DNA of 64,000 nt from Amphiscolops sp. MND2022 (Eukaryota): NCBI GenBank assembly GCA_964187785.1, contig OZ076409.1, forward strand, positions 95,420,001 to 95,484,000, read 5' to 3'. A model generated the notes under the pieces. The model was given only the letters and a program-made list of their open reading frames with translations, was not told the DNA's origin and did not search any database. Within the stretch, counting starts at the first letter, position 1. Every line of letters starts with the position of its first letter. Of this stretch, positions 45,955 through 60,021 are shown piece after piece. The translations under genes were made by a program, and so were the position numbers.

Positions 45955-47696
45955 CCTGGCTATGGTGATTTCAATTTCCAAGATCTTATGCAAAATGAAA
46001 AACAAGAAGAGTGCAGGTTATGATGGAATCTCAAACGAAATTTTGAAATGTTGTTCTCCCATCATTGAATGCTATCTTGCAAAAGCCGTAAACAAATGCA
46101 TAACGGAAGAAATTTTTCCCGAATGTTTGAAAGTATCGAAGGTCATTCCTTTGCACAAGAAAGGTGATAAAAAAGAACCAGGAAACTACAGACCTATCAG
46201 TTTGTTAAGCCCCTTGAGCAAAGTTTTTGAATCTGTTCTCCTTAAAAGGATGTTAGGCTTTAGTGAAAAGTGTAAACTCCTATCTTTAAATCAGTTCGGT
46301 TTCAGACCTAAAAAGTCATCTATCCACGCGATCGCTAAAATTACTGAGTATATCAGAGATTCAAGTGATAGAAAGGAAACAGGACAAGCCTGCTTCGTCG
46401 ATTTGAGTAAAGCATTTGACACGATTGATCATTCAATTTTATTACGCAAACTGGAAATAAATGGTTTCAGAGGAAAAATTTTCAACCTAATTGAAACTTT
46501 CTTAACCAACCGATTACAATACATTGACTCTCTTGACAAGACATCAAAGAAAGGTAAAGTTTTATGTGGTGTTCCACAAGGATCAGTGCTAGGCCCTTTT
46601 CTTTTTCTACTGTATATTAATGACCTAGACAATGCTTGCACCGAAAGTTCTTTAACAATGTTCGCGGACGACACGACAGTTATCAAAGCAGGTCGTAGAA
46701 CTGATTCTCTTATCCGCAAAGATGTGAAAGTAATGACCCATTGGTTCGATGCTAACAAATTGACAATCAATGTCGATAAATGTGAAGCGATTCATTTTGG
46801 AAGGGGCATACCTGATGAAGTTCAGATCAAAGATAACCATTTACGTTACAAACCCTGTTGCAAATATTTAGGTGTTTACATTGATCCAACGCTGACTTTC
46901 AGAGACCACATAGATTATGTTGTGAAAAAACTTAATAAATTCTGCGGTTTAATTTACCACGTAAGGCATCTGTACCCTAAAAAATGTTTGTTAATGTTTT
47001 ACAACGCGTATGCTAAATCGATCATAACATATGGCTTATTAATTTACGGAGCCGCGGCCAAAACTAATCTATCTAGAATTGAGAGTGTACAAAGAAGAAT
47101 TCTACGAGCTATTTTTTTCAGAAAACGACAAGATTCCTTGCAAGAAATACTTGCAGTGAACAAAATCAATACTGTCTACGAGCTTTTCTTGAACGAAGTG
47201 GTTTCTGAAGTTTTCAAAGAAATGAGATCTGATTCTCCTTTGAAATTACTAGACTTTGAAAAATTGCCCAAGTCCAACACGACAACAAGATGGAACTCGA
47301 AAGGAGTTTTCGCTCCAATTGCGTCTCGAACTGTAGTCAAGAAAAAATGGTTAGCAAATTCATTAATGAAAGCTTATAATTGGTTGACTGAATTGAACCT
47401 AATACCCCCTAACTTGCTAAATTTGAGCCAAGAGCAATTGAAAAAACATCTAAAACTTGTCAACGACCTATACATCACTGACAATAAAGAACTTTTTTGT
47501 CTCTATTTTTGTGCCTAAAACATTTAACCGAGCAAGATAGCATGCAAGTTGGTGCTTCTATTATATGCAAAAAGGGCACTAGCTCGAAGAGCAATTATGC
47601 TCATCTGGTGTCCTAACTGGATAAAAATTGAATGATAAATAATTATTTGTATTTTTTTTCATGCTATCCAGTTAAATAAACTTCTTCTTCTTCTTC
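45955..47696 (+). mobile_element. 5'-truncated non-LTR retrotransposon (CR1/L2-group LINE)
   Basis: RT ORF, short 3' UTR, AATAAA at 47675 and a (CTT)5 tail at 47681-47696. Confidence 0.9.
45962..47518 (+). CDS. LINE ORF2 reverse transcriptase, endonuclease missing
   Basis: KSAGYDGI, NYRPISLL, QFGFR, DLSKAFD, GVPQGSVLGP, FADD, KYLGV. Confidence 0.93.
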   Translation: MVISISKILCKMKNKKSAGYDGISNEILKCCSPIIECYLAKAVNKCITEEIFPECLKVSKVIPLHKKGDKKEPGNYRPISLLSPLSKVFESVLLKRMLGFSEKCKLLSLNQFGFRPKKSSIHAIAKITEYIRDSSDRKETGQACFVDLSKAFDTIDHSILLRKLEINGFRGKIFNLIETFLTNRLQYIDSLDKTSKKGKVLCGVPQGSVLGPFLFLLYINDLDNACTESSLTMFADDTTVIKAGRRTDSLIRKDVKVMTHWFDANKLTINVDKCEAIHFGRGIPDEVQIKDNHLRYKPCCKYLGVYIDPTLTFRDHIDYVVKKLNKFCGLIYHVRHLYPKKCLLMFYNAYAKSIITYGLLIYGAAAKTNLSRIESVQRRILRAIFFRKRQDSLQEILAVNKINTVYELFLNEVVSEVFKEMRSDSPLKLLDFEKLPKSNTTTRWNSKGVFAPIASRTVVKKKWLANSLMKAYNWLTELNLIPPNLLNLSQEQLKKHLKLVNDLYITDNKELFCLYFCA

Positions 47697-49376
47697 AGTT
47701 TGAATCATATTCTTACTATTTTAATTCAATTAGGGTGATTTAGCGAGAAAATATTCACCAAGTTTAATTCAAATGAATAGCAATCCACATTAGTTGAATC
47801 CCATCGCGTCGTTGACAGCCAGTTAAAGACGACTTGAAACAAAAACAATTCAATTCCTAAAAAAGTAAATCAAATAAGATATCAAATGAATCCAGAGAAA
47901 AGCTAAGAAAAGTTCGGAAACCAATCACTAGTTTATTCATTTCAATCTCAATTGCAAATGAATAGAAAATCGCTCTAAATGAATATTGGACTATGAGAAC
48001 AAAAGTAGCTGTTGCTGATCGCAAAAGGTTTGTTCGTCACAATTGAAGTTTTCTTTCGCCTGCTGAAAGAAGATGGTCTTGGCGATTAATTCATTTAACT
48101 TGGAATTCAATCATCAATTGGACTGACATTGCTTTGTCTCGTCTTTTTCCGTTCGCAACAACAGTTCATTTAAAATGACACTTTTTCACTCAATGGAGAA
48201 TTATAAAGCGGTGCTGTAGTTAAGCGACGATTCAATTTTATTGGTCCATTAACTTAACGTGTAAAGTTCACCCACTAAAAGTAAAACTGGTGTAAAAATC
48301 AATGATTGTTCATGGGCAACTAAGAAAAGTGGAAGCTCAAATCTCTTTGAGATTACGTTTTCAGAGAATACCTTGAAACATTTAGTAGAGTTCAACTTGC
48401 GGTGTACTTGAAAGTACTCTTCATTGACAAAAATGAATCACTCTCTATCAATATATAAATGAACTCTTTTCGATAAACACTTTATTTTCGAGCTCCGAAA
48501 TTTCCAGTTGACTTGTCAAATAGGCTTTAAAGTGACTCCCAAAGGTAGCGTCCTAATCTTCAAAAACAGAACCGAATCCACTTCTGCACCCAATAAGCTT
48601 TCCAACGAATAGGGCACCCAGCTAACAGGTGGTTTCAGCCCCCGTCGCCATTGTTGGTAAATTAGTGGTGTGTATATAGGGGCTTATAACACGTGCTGGT
48701 ATCACAATTTCAAGTCTTGCTACTTTGTATTAATCTGCGATCTAACAAATACGCCAAATTGGCCCAATTTCGTTGCTTTCTACCAGGTGTTCACGTGTTT
48801 GTTTTGGTTTGTTTATAGACAACCAACCGGAAGTTTGACTACTTGAAAGAACTTTGGGTCGCCAAAAACGTGAACACAGACGTGAACACAAGACAACAGG
48901 TGTTGCGAAAATGTTTTCAAACGATAGACAGGTATTTATCCAATTATGGTAAGTAGAAGCAGCTGTAAACTTATCTCTGCAACATTTATTATGGGCTCAT
49001 AGCAACAAGAAAGATTCACAAAAACTTTCCAAACATTTGGGAACTCAATGAATTATTAAACTTAATTTGAATAAAATCTGGGAATGTCATTTTTCTGAGA
49101 CAAAACAGGGACGTAATTACCCATTAGAGGGGCATTCATTAATGCAGGTTTCAATAGGATTAAGACACAATCCCGGTGGAATTATGCTGAAGTTTGAATC
49201 CAACTATAAAGAATAGTCAGAGGATTTGCGAAAATGGAATAGAAAGTAAGCTGCCATTATTCAAAATAAACAAACAAATTGCATTTATGCTTATTGTTTT
49301 TCTACATATGTCTTATTTAAAAAAACGAATATCATTTCAATAACATCATTCAATTAAAACCGCAGTATCCGATTTT

Positions 49377-52300
49377 GATGAACTTTCAAGCACACAGAAT
49401 CTAACATAAATGAAAAAAACACTATAATTCCCAAAATAGTGTATGTTATTAAATTGAAACATAAACTTATTAAGGGTAGCGTATTACAAATTTTAGGAAT
49501 TTTATACAGACATTCACATAAGATCATAATTAACACATATTTAACTAAATCTAAAGTCTGTCCAAGAAACCTTTCCATAGGCTGCAGTTGATTTATCTTT
49601 TTCAAATTGTTTCATTAAGTAGGACTTCACATGTTTTTATAGGAGTTATAATTGTCCGGAGGCTCTTGTTTATACGTATCACGGAAAAAGGTATTAAATT
49701 TCCTGAGCAAATCACTGCTGGTTTTAAAAAAAGCATTTTTGGAGGAAAACACATCTGTAAAAACGATTGAAATAAGCTAATGAAGTTCTTTTGTTTATAC
49801 AAAAACTGTTAGTAGGGTATGTAATTGAAAAGTACACCGGCTTCAGATTATGGAAAATTCTCCAGAGAAAACAGATGGCAATCTGATCAAGAAGAAACTT
49901 AACCGGTGAGATTCCATGATCAAACTTAAGGTCAGATGAACGTTCATATTTTCTCCGATTGAAACATATTTTGACTGCCCAACTTAATTGCTTTTCCAGG
50001 GAAATAATCAAGGAGGATGATATTCCACTGAGGAGTACTGCAGGATAATGGATATGGCTAACGAAATGTTACGTGAGTTCAAAATATTGCCCTCTCGACG
50101 TTTTATCAAATGAAATTGATCCAAAAACTTTTATCGTAATCGGACTCTTATTTGTATACGGCAACTGTTACATACAAAAGGTATCTTTGGAAGGGTTTCA
50201 TCTCGCAAACCCTACACCCACAGGGTTCGCTAGTGCAAATTAATGCGAAAAAACTGCCAGGACGACATTAAAATGTGAATTTTCACAGATGAGTCCAAGT
50301 GTGAAATGTTTCAAGCACGCAGACAGATTCGAAGGCTGTCAAGGGATTTGATGCTGCGTGCCATAATCCTCGGTTTCTAGAAACAAGTTTTGCAAACCAA
50401 TTCACCTGTGATCATGATTTGGGATGCTATCTTGTTAACAGGACATTGATTTCTGGCTAAAATTCCAGGAAGCCTTAACTGTGATAATATTGTGAGAATA
50501 TTACGTGACAATTTATTGCAGATTCGGATGAAAACATTTTCACAGCGAGACAACATTCCGCCCATCGAGCAAAATGTACCCAGGGACTTTTTACCCAAAA
50601 CTTTCTTTTTGACCGTTCTATGTTGGTCCGCATTGTCACATTACGTTAACATCGTTAAACATAGGCGCGACGGCATGTCGCGCTTGGGCACGAGCAGAAA
50701 CGTTCAATGGTCTGCAGAGGGTGCTAGAAAATGTGTATATCCCAGATTCCAAAACCTAGTGAACTTATCTAGTCTCAGATCAAGAAAATTTAGATGAAAG
50801 AACTGAAAAGAAAGGTGAGAAATTGAAGTTTGAGAAAAATGAAAATTGTAATTTTAGCAGAAAAACGTAGGCGTCATACTTGATGACGGAAACTTTGATA
50901 AAACAAGAACTAGCCTACATCTTTGCATAACTCTGTGAGGGAGAATGGTTTTCGTATCTACTTTCACTTCTGAGAAAAATCAGTTAGATGAACTTTCAAG
51001 CACACAGAATCTAACATAAATGAAACAAAAAACACTATAATTCCCAAAATAGTGTATGTTATTAAATTGAAACATAAACTTATTAAGGGTAGCGTATTAC
51101 AAATTTTAGGAATTTTATACAGACAGTCACATAAGATCATAATTAACACATATTTAACTAAATCTAAAGTCTGTCCAAGAAACCTTTCCATAGGCTGCAG
51201 TTGATTTATCTTTTTCAAATTGTTTCATTAAGTAGGACTTCACATGTTTTTATAGGAGTTATAATTGTCCGGAGGCTCTTGTTTATACGTATCACGGAAA
51301 AAGGTATTAAATTTCCTGAGCAAATCACTGCTGGTTTTAAAAAAGCATTTTTGGAGGAAAACACATCTGTAAAAACGATTGAAATAAGCTAATGAAGTTC
51401 TTTTGTTTATACAAAAACTGTTAGTAGGGTATGTAATTGAAAAGTACGCCGGCTTCAGATTATGGAAAATTCTCCAGAGAAAACAGATGGCAATCTGATC
51501 AAGAAGAAACTTAACCGGTGAGATTCCATGATCAAACTTAAGGTCAGATGAACGTTCATATTTTCTCCGATTGAAACATATTTTGACTGCCCAACTTAAT
51601 TGCTTTTCCAGGGAAATAAGCAAGGAGGATGCTATTCCACTGAGGAGTACTGCAGGATAATGGATATGGCTAACGAAATGTTACGTGAGTTCAAAATATT
51701 GCCCTCTCGACGTTTTATCAAATGAAATTGATCCAAAAACTTTTATCGTAATCGGACTCTTATTCGTATACGGCAACTGTTACATACAAAAAGTATCTTC
51801 GGAAGGGTTTCATCTCGCAAACCCTACACCCACAGGGTTCGCTAGTGCAAATTAATGCGAAAAAACTGCCAGGACGACTTTAAAATGTGAATTTTCACAG
51901 ATGAGTCCAAGTGTGAAATGTTTCAAGCACGCAGACAGATTCGAAGGCTGTCAAGGGATTTGATGCTGCGTGCCATAATCCTCGGTTTCTAGAAACAAGT
52001 TTTGCAAACCAATTCACCTGTGATCATGATTTGGGATGCTATCTTGTTAACAGGACATTGATTTCTGGCTAAAATTCCAGGAAGCCTTAACTGTGATAAT
52101 ATTGTGAGAATATTACGTGACAATTTATTGCAGATTCGGATGAAAACATTTTCACAGCGAGACAACATTCCGCCCATCGAGCAAAATGTACCCAGGGACT
52201 TTTTACCCAAAACTTTCTTTTTGACCGTTCTATGTTGGTCCGCATTGTCACATTACGTTAACATCGTTGAACATAGGCGCGACGGCATGTCGCGCTTGGG

Positions 52301-54210
52301 CACGAGCAGAAACGTTCAATGGTCTGCAGAGGGTGCTAGAAAATGTGTATATCCCAGATTCCAAAACCTAGTGAACTTATCTAGTCTCAGATCAAGAAAA
52401 TTTAGATGAAAGAACTGAAAAGAAAGGTGAGAAATTGAAGTTTGAGAAAAATGAAAATTGTAATTTTAGCAGAAAAACGTAGGCGTCATACTTGATGACG
52501 GAAACTTTGATAAAACAAGAACTAGCCTACATCTTTGCATAACTCTGTGAGGGAGAATGGTTTTCGTATCTACTTTCACTTCTGAGAAAAATCAGTTAGA
52601 TGAACTTTCAAGCACACAGAATCTAACATAAATGAAACAAAAAACACTATAATTCCCAAAATAGTGTATGTTATTAAATTGAAACATAAACTTATTAAGG
52701 GTAGCGTATTACAAATTTTAGGAATTTTATACAGACAGTCACATAAGATCATAATTAACACATATTTAACTAAATCTAAAGTCTGTCCAAGAAACCTTTC
52801 CATAGGCTGCAGTTGATTTATCTTTTTCAAATTGTTTCATTAAGTAGGACTTCACATGTTTTTATAGGAGTTATAATTGTCCGGAGGCTCTTGTTTATAC
52901 GTATCACGGAAAAAGGTATTAAATTTCCTGAGCAAATCACTGCTGGTTTTAAAAAAGCATTTTTGGAGGAAAACACATCTGTAAAAACGATTGAAATAAG
53001 CTAATGAAGTTCTTTTGTTTATACAAAAACTGTTAGTAGGGTATGTAATTGAAAAGTACGCCGGCTTCAGATTATGGAAAATTCTCCAGAGAAAACAGAT
53101 GGCAATCTGATCAAGAAGAAACTTAACCGGTAAGATTCCATGATCAAACTTAAGGTCAGATGAACGTTCATATTTTCTCCGATTGAAACATATTTTGACT
53201 GCCCAACTTAATTGCTTTTCCAGGGAAATAAGCAAGGAGGATGCTATTCCACTGAGGAGTACTGCAGGATAATGGATATGGCTAACGAAATGTTACGTGA
53301 GTTCAAAATATTGCCCTCTCGACGTTTTATCAAATGAAATTGATCCAAAAACTTTTATCGTAATCGGACTCTTATTCGTATACGGCAACTGTTACATACA
53401 AAAGGTATCTTCGGAAGGGTTTCATCGCGCAAACCCTACACCCACAGGGTTCGCTAGTGCAAATTAATGCGAAAAAACTGCCAGGACGACTTTAAAATGT
53501 GAATTTTCACAGATGAGTCCAAGTGTGAAATGTTTCAAGCACGCAGACAGATTCGAAGGCTGTCAAGGGATTTGATGCTGCGTGCCATAATCCTCGGTTT
53601 CTAGAAACAAGTTTTGCAAACCAATTCACCTGTGATCATGATTTGGGATGCTATCTTGTTAACAGGACATTGATTTCTGGCTAAAATTCCAGGAAGCCTT
53701 AACTGTGATAATATTGTGAGAATATTACGTGACAATTTATTGCAGATTCGGATGAAAACATTTTCACAGCGAGACAACATTCCGCCCATCGAGCAAAATG
53801 TACCCAGGGACTTTTTACCCAAAACTTTCTTTTTGACCGTTCTATGTTGGTCCGCATTGTCACATTACGTTAACATCGTTAAACATAGGCGCGACGGCAT
53901 GTCGCGCTTGGGCACGAGCAGAAACGTTCAATGGTCTGCAGAGGGTGCTAGAAAATGTGTATATCCCAGATTCCAAAACCTAGTGAACTTATCTAGTCTC
54001 AGATCAAGAAAATTTAGATGAAAGAACTGAAAAGAAAGGTGAGAAATTGAAGTTTGAGAAAAATGAAAATTGTAATTTTAGCAGAAAAACGTAGGCGTCA
54101 TACTTGATGACGGAAACTTTGATAAAACAAGAACTAGCCTACATCTTTGCATAACTCTGTGAGGGAGAATGGTTTTCGTATCTACTTTCACTTCTGAGAA
54201 AAATCAGTTA
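49377..54210. repeat. Triple tandem repeat with units of 1610, 1612 and 1612 bp
   Basis: Units start at 49377, 50987 and 52599 and give near-identical ORF tracks. Confidence 0.95.
49675..50610 (+). pseudogene. Highly decayed Tc1-like transposase, present in each of the three units
   Basis: Frameshifted motifs FTDESK, MIWDAI and QRDN..H occur in the correct order. Boundaries are approximate. Confidence 0.65.
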
Positions 54211-55690
54211 CAATTTGGGAAAAAATGAACATTTTTCGAATTTTTTCTTCATACATTTATTTGCCCAATAATACCAGAGCGAAAAAAAGTCGACGTCATT
54301 TTTACCTTTACACATAGCCTACTGAACCCTCGTACAAATTACGAAACCATGGACTCCGTATTCGTTCTCGGTCCTGATATACAGGATACAGATATACAAG
54401 CTCGAGTAAAAAAGAACTGAGAAATTTTTTCAAAAAAATCAAGTATTTTTAGCAGAAAAACGAAGGCGTCATACTTGATGACGAAAACTTGATTAGTACA
54501 AAAAAGCCCACATCCTTGCTATTTGTCTTGAGGAAGAATGGTTTCTGTATCTTTCGTCAGTGTTGAGAAATATGAAGTACAAATGAGAAAAAAAATTTCG
54601 AAATTTTTTCATCCCTTTTTTTGCCCAAAACGCGCAGTCGGAAAAAAGATTGACGTCATTTTTAGCAAAAATGTAGCCTACGAAACACTTGTATATTATA
54701 CGAAACCATGGACCCTGTATCTGGTCTCGGTTTTGAGAAATGAGGGAAGAAAGATGAAACACTCTAAAAATTTGCGTTTTTTCAAAAGAAACCAGGAAGC
54801 CGAATTCTTTTTGAAAAAATTTTTCAACGAAAAGGTAGCCAATGATTCTACCCAACTTTTGGCTAGGAAAAAGGTATTTCGTATCTCTTTTCAGTTCTGA
54901 GGAAAATCAGTTACGAATTATGAAAAAATGGGAAATTTTTCAAATTTCTTCTTCATCCCTTTATTTGCCCAAAAAAACCGGAGCAAAAAAATTCGACGTC
55001 ATTATTGGTTTTAAACGCAGCCTACTGAGCCCTAGTACAAATTACGAAACTATGGACTGCGTATTTGTTCTCGGTCTTGAGATATAGGGGCTCAAGTATA
55101 AAATAAATAGGAAAATTTTTCAAAAAAACAAGTATTTTTAGCAGAAAAACGAACGCGTCATACGTGATGACGGAAACTTTGTTGGTACAAAACCTAGCTT
55201 ACATCCTTGCTGTTTATCTTGAGGGAGAATGGTTTCTGTATCTTTCGTCAGTTTTGAGAAATATGAGCTACAAATGAGAAAAAATTTTTCGACATTTTTT
55301 TTCATCCATTTTTTTGCCCAAAAAACCAAGTCTGAAAGAAAATTTGACGCCAATTTTAAGCGAAAATGTAGCCTAGGAAACGCTTGTAAATTACACGAAA
55401 CCATGGACCCTGTATTTAGTCCTGGTTCTGAGAAATAGGGGATCAAACATAAAAAACAGTCAAAAATAGCGTTTTTTCAAAACTTCTTTTTAAAAAAAAC
55501 CATGAAGCCGATTTTTTGCGACGAAAATGTAGCCCAGGAACCTGCGCAACTTTTAGCGGAAACATGGTGTCCGTATCTGTTATGGGTTTTGAGAAATTTG
55601 CCGCACAAGTTTGAAAAGTTGGCATATGTCACGAAATCTGCGAAAAAAAACGTCACCATATGGGCATCTCGCTCCGCTCGTGCCCCAAAA
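53959..55690 (+). repeat. Element with diverged ~350-bp tandem monomers and a terminal GC hairpin
   Basis: TTAGCAGAAAAACG..GCGTCATAC recurs near 54078, 54449 and 55138. It ends GGGCA-TCTCGCTCCGCTCG-TGCCC-CAAAA. Confidence 0.55.
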
Positions 55691-58600
55691 ATATGTAGAA
55701 GATAGCTAGAGACAAAATTAGAGACGAAAAAAAAACGAATCTGGCCTTTTATGGTCGCAAGACGCGTTGTACCTTCTAAAAATCAAAAGGTGGCTAAAAT
55801 TAGATAGCTTCGACTTCAGAAATTTTAGAAAAAGGTCGCATAGTGCTGAAAAAATTGCAAACAGGGTACTCTTTGGTCTCCACCTTACTTTAACAAACAA
55901 CAAATTTTCTAGGTACAAGGCGAGACTCGAAACCACGTACTTCCGCCAAAGGTCTAGTGACAGTGAGAAGTTACTAACGTTTAGAAATGCTCTTTAAAAA
56001 TTCGGTCTTTGAAAATTTTTTAAAAAAACTAACTTTTAGACAAAAAAACATTTCTTTGAAAACTTTCACAAGGCCAAAAAATGTAAAATGAGGGACCCTT
56101 TGGACTTCTTTAACATCCAATTTGCTGCAGAATATCAAAAACTTTGAAGGAAACATTTTTTGGAGACTTAACATTTTTCGAAATACCTCACCAAACCGAA
56201 AAAAAGTTGAAAATATTCGTACATTGTGTTCGTAGGTTGTTCATGGAAAGTTTTAAGAAAACCTTAATCAAAATTCAAGAGCTAAAGACTTCTATTAATC
56301 ATTGGTCAAAGTTTAGGCTAAACAAACTTAGCCGATGAACTCCGGAAAGACTATATTGATAGAGAGTAAAGCTTGGTGATTTTTAGTTAGTTCATTTGCT
56401 GGTCTCTAACTTTAAATATTGAATGTCCAAAGAAATAACAAACAAAACCCCTTGGATCGTAAACCTGTCAGGCGAAATTATACATTGCGGTATTATAATC
56501 TTTGAGTGACTTTTACAGTTCAAGTGCCTTTCAATAGTTCAAGGACATGTGAAAGCAGATGTTATGTCATTCCTTTCGCATGTCCATCACCTTTGTGGTA
56601 ACATCAAGTTTGCATTTCTGACTCTGCATACCCGGTGCTTTCCTCTCAATTTCACAACTCATGTTGTCAAATCAAGCTCTCAGTAAAAGACTTTTTGATA
56701 ACGTCTCTTGTTCTTCTAGCCTTGGTGGAAAAGGTGTTTGAAGCCTAAAATCTACTTAGTCTTTGCTTGGAAAAAACTTCGAAACTTAAAAACTCGTCGA
56801 GACCAAAAATCTCACTGACTGACTGACTCTCTACAGTCGCCGTATAACATAAACTGCTGAATGATTTTAGTGGATTTCAACAGAAATCCGAGACGAAACT
56901 TCAAAAAATGCATTACAATATGTAATGATCACCTATCATCGACTTAGAAATTCTGAAAGATTCTTAAGAATTCGATTAAAGAAGTAGCAGGTAACTAGAA
57001 TTTGGCGATTTCGATCATATTCCGCCGACTGACTCCGTGTCTTTAAAAAAGACCTGCCAGCCAAATTAAAGAGGCCCAGAACGATTCAGAGCAAAAAGAG
57101 ACCCGCAAAAAGCAAGAATGAGAAGACCGCGAACCGAGAAAGTGTGAAAACGGACTCAATCTCGTTAACTACACTACATGGACTTTTCTCACCGTCACTT
57201 TCATTAACATGTTGCTACCAATTGTTGTAATTACCTATGTGGAATCCTCCTCTGACGGGACGACTTTTACCCAAAAGGAGGCAACCACCCATACCGTAGG
57301 TTTCTCCAACTCTATGACGGAACAACGACAATGGTGAGAGCTTGTCGTTGCAATAAAGCCATGATAAGACTTCGGATAGTTTACCTTGAGTTAGATTGTT
57401 TCAACATCGATATGGTAATACTTAGCTGACAAGTATTTGGCTGTTTCTAGGCGATAACCAATTGAATTACTTGATTGACGTTAGATTCTTGTCGAAAGAT
57501 TTACGTAATGATGATTGACAGGGAAAATGAAAAGTTACAAATAATACGATTTTGGGGAATGAATATTTTGTGCCTTCCGTTTCTTCTGGTTCACCTAGTA
57601 ACATCAATTGTTTTGTTGACTGAATTTTATCATCGGTGGTATATGCTCATGAACAACTAACAGCCGCATGAACAAATGACATGACCAAAGCCGCTAATGG
57701 ATTCGAAAGTAGGGTTCGAAAAATAGGATCATTTCACTGAGTTATGCTCAAAAGTGCTTAAAGATGTTCCCAAGTGACCTTTCCACATACCTTCAAACAG
57801 AAGAAAAAACCGAGCCAAACAGACCCTCAAAAAGCAAAAAAGGCCTGATTGAATGATTGATTCCATGAAATTGATTGAAAACGCAATTGAGGTTGCTTGC
57901 GTTTCACGGTCGAGTGGACCTTGTGACTGCCAAAAGTGATACAATTATTCTTTTCCTTGTACCGTGTACATTCCCTGCTGTCTGTTAGGTACCAGGTATC
58001 AAAAAGAAATGCTCCACAAATCATGGATGTTGCTTTTTTCATGCCCCTTTGTTGCCTTTTTTGTTGTTTTCTCAAGTATTGCCCTTGAATACATAAAACT
58101 GACACATCCCTCATGCGATCAAAGTAACATCGCTTTACTTCGTTTCCATCATGTATTTTTCCTAAGAATTTTTCCTAAATGTATTGAACGCATATATTGA
58201 CCAATGCCTCCCCCCACACACATTCCACATTGTCCATTATAGGCTCGGATTATTTCTCAATCAAAGAATTTCTCTCGGTTGGTAAGAAAAAACAGAACTG
58301 AGAATTAAGTGGCAACTTTTGTCCCGCTCACATTTTATCCCATGGCTCTTTTCTTGTCTAAACAAAAGAAAAATCGATTAAAAAGATTCCCATCTCATTT
58401 GATTTAAGGTTGAAATAAGTTGCAATGGATTTTGTGCCAACGTGTTACTTTTTTCCCAACGCCAAGTTCAGTCAATCATTCTCCCAAAGCCGGGCCGGCA
58501 TGTAATGCACAGAACGCGTAATTATTTTCCCTAAGAATCAGGGATTTTTCGATGATTATTTTTACATTCAGGGACGTTTCGTTGGGACAGTTCAGGAAAA

Positions 58601-59137
58601 CTGACAGGTATTTTGGTCATCAAACAATAATGACTTCGCAGACTTTTTTACAGACAATAGAAAAACGCCCCAACCGTGCGCGTGATGATTTCAATGCGAT
58701 GTAGATGTAATTAAATTAATAATTGTAATTGATGGGACTTTGATTGAGGGAACTGACAGGCGTTGTATATAGTTTGAAAAACGGTGACACTGTCAGATGA
58801 TGTCAAAGAAGAAAAAAATACGATGTCAAAAAAAAACTAAAATGTGACTGTCTAGGATATGATTATCGGCGACCATTTCGTTATATTGATAAAATAAAGA
58901 CCGAAAATAAAATCATAAGTGAAGATATACACCAGTAGGTTATATTATAGGTTATATAAAATGTTCGCTTTTGGAAAACTTGGCATATACACAATCTCTG
59001 TAACCAGTAGTGATAATGAAAACCGAAAATTGAACGTCGACATTAACAGAAAAAAATTATCTTATCATTGCATTGATCTTATTGAGAAAAGTTTACAGGG
59101 AAACAAAGAAATTCAACTTACAGCAATATTTCATTTA

Positions 59138-59187
59138 TAAAATATCGCTTTTTGATTTAGTTAACTAAATCAAAAAGCGATATTTTA
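59138..59187. repeat. Perfect 50-bp palindrome
   Basis: TAAAATATCGCTTTTTGATTTAGTT|AACTAAATCAAAAAGCGATATTTTA. Confidence 0.95.
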
Positions 59188-59223
59188 ACAATGAAATTGG
59201 TAATTACCAAAAGAAACTATTTG

Positions 59224-59709
59224 AAACAAGACGGGAACGTCTCAAGTCGGCGCTATATCTAAGGCTCAAAAAGCGCAAAACATTTTTTTGGAAAAAAACT
59301 TGAAATTTTCGATTAAGAAAATTTCTTTCGGAAAATGTCGCACAGTGCCGAAAACTGTAAAAGGGGGACCCTTTTTGATTTATAAACACGCATTCTGTAG
59401 CAAAATAACAAAAAACTCAAAGGGGGGACCCTTTGGGGATATTTTAAAAAATTTCGAAAAAAAGTCGCACAGTGCCGAAAAAAAAATCGAAAGGGGGACC
59501 CTTTAGTCCCGTCCGGGCTTGTAGGTAACGTTTAAAAAGTAAATGAATGCGCTCCCCGTTTGCCTTTACCGGTCCAGTAGTTTAGTACTGTATTTAGTAG
59601 TTGAACGTTAATTTTAACGTTTGTCGCTTCGAGTCTGTCTTAAATAAAAAAAACGAGTGACTGTAATAGTCGGGCTCTTTTCTTTCTTAAGAAAAGCGCC
59701 GACTAAAAA
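59224..59709 (-). mobile_element. HINE-like element
   Basis: AAACAAGACGGGAACGTCTCAAGTCGGCGC ... TAGTCGGGC..GCGCCGACTAAAAA. Confidence 0.75.
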
Positions 59710-60021
59710 CAAAAACCTCAAAGTTAATGAAAAGTCTCACTAATTGTCTCCCAGTCACAGGTGGGTTTGCGGTTTTAGCATTGCTTATTTTAATTCTAAT
59801 TGTCAGTCACGGAATCCATTTATGGTAACAAAACTTGCTTATTCAATTTTCGAGAAAGAATACCCAAACAATGTTTTGGGGAGAAAACTTTATCGTTCCA
59901 ATTCTAATTTCCACTGGTTGTGGTGCTAGGACGCGAAACCATTTGTAACATCAACTCTTTGTTTGAGCTAATAATTCTAGGCTTCACTTTCAATGCGAAA
60001 AAAATGTTTTAGAGAAACTTA

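Noticed and set aside
49354..56338. Repeated 60-127-aa ORFs
   Set aside because: Chance ORFs in tandem repeats and decayed transposon sequence.
57209..57340. Possible signal-peptide exon ending in GTGAG
   Set aside because: Short, with no partner exon or recognisable homology.
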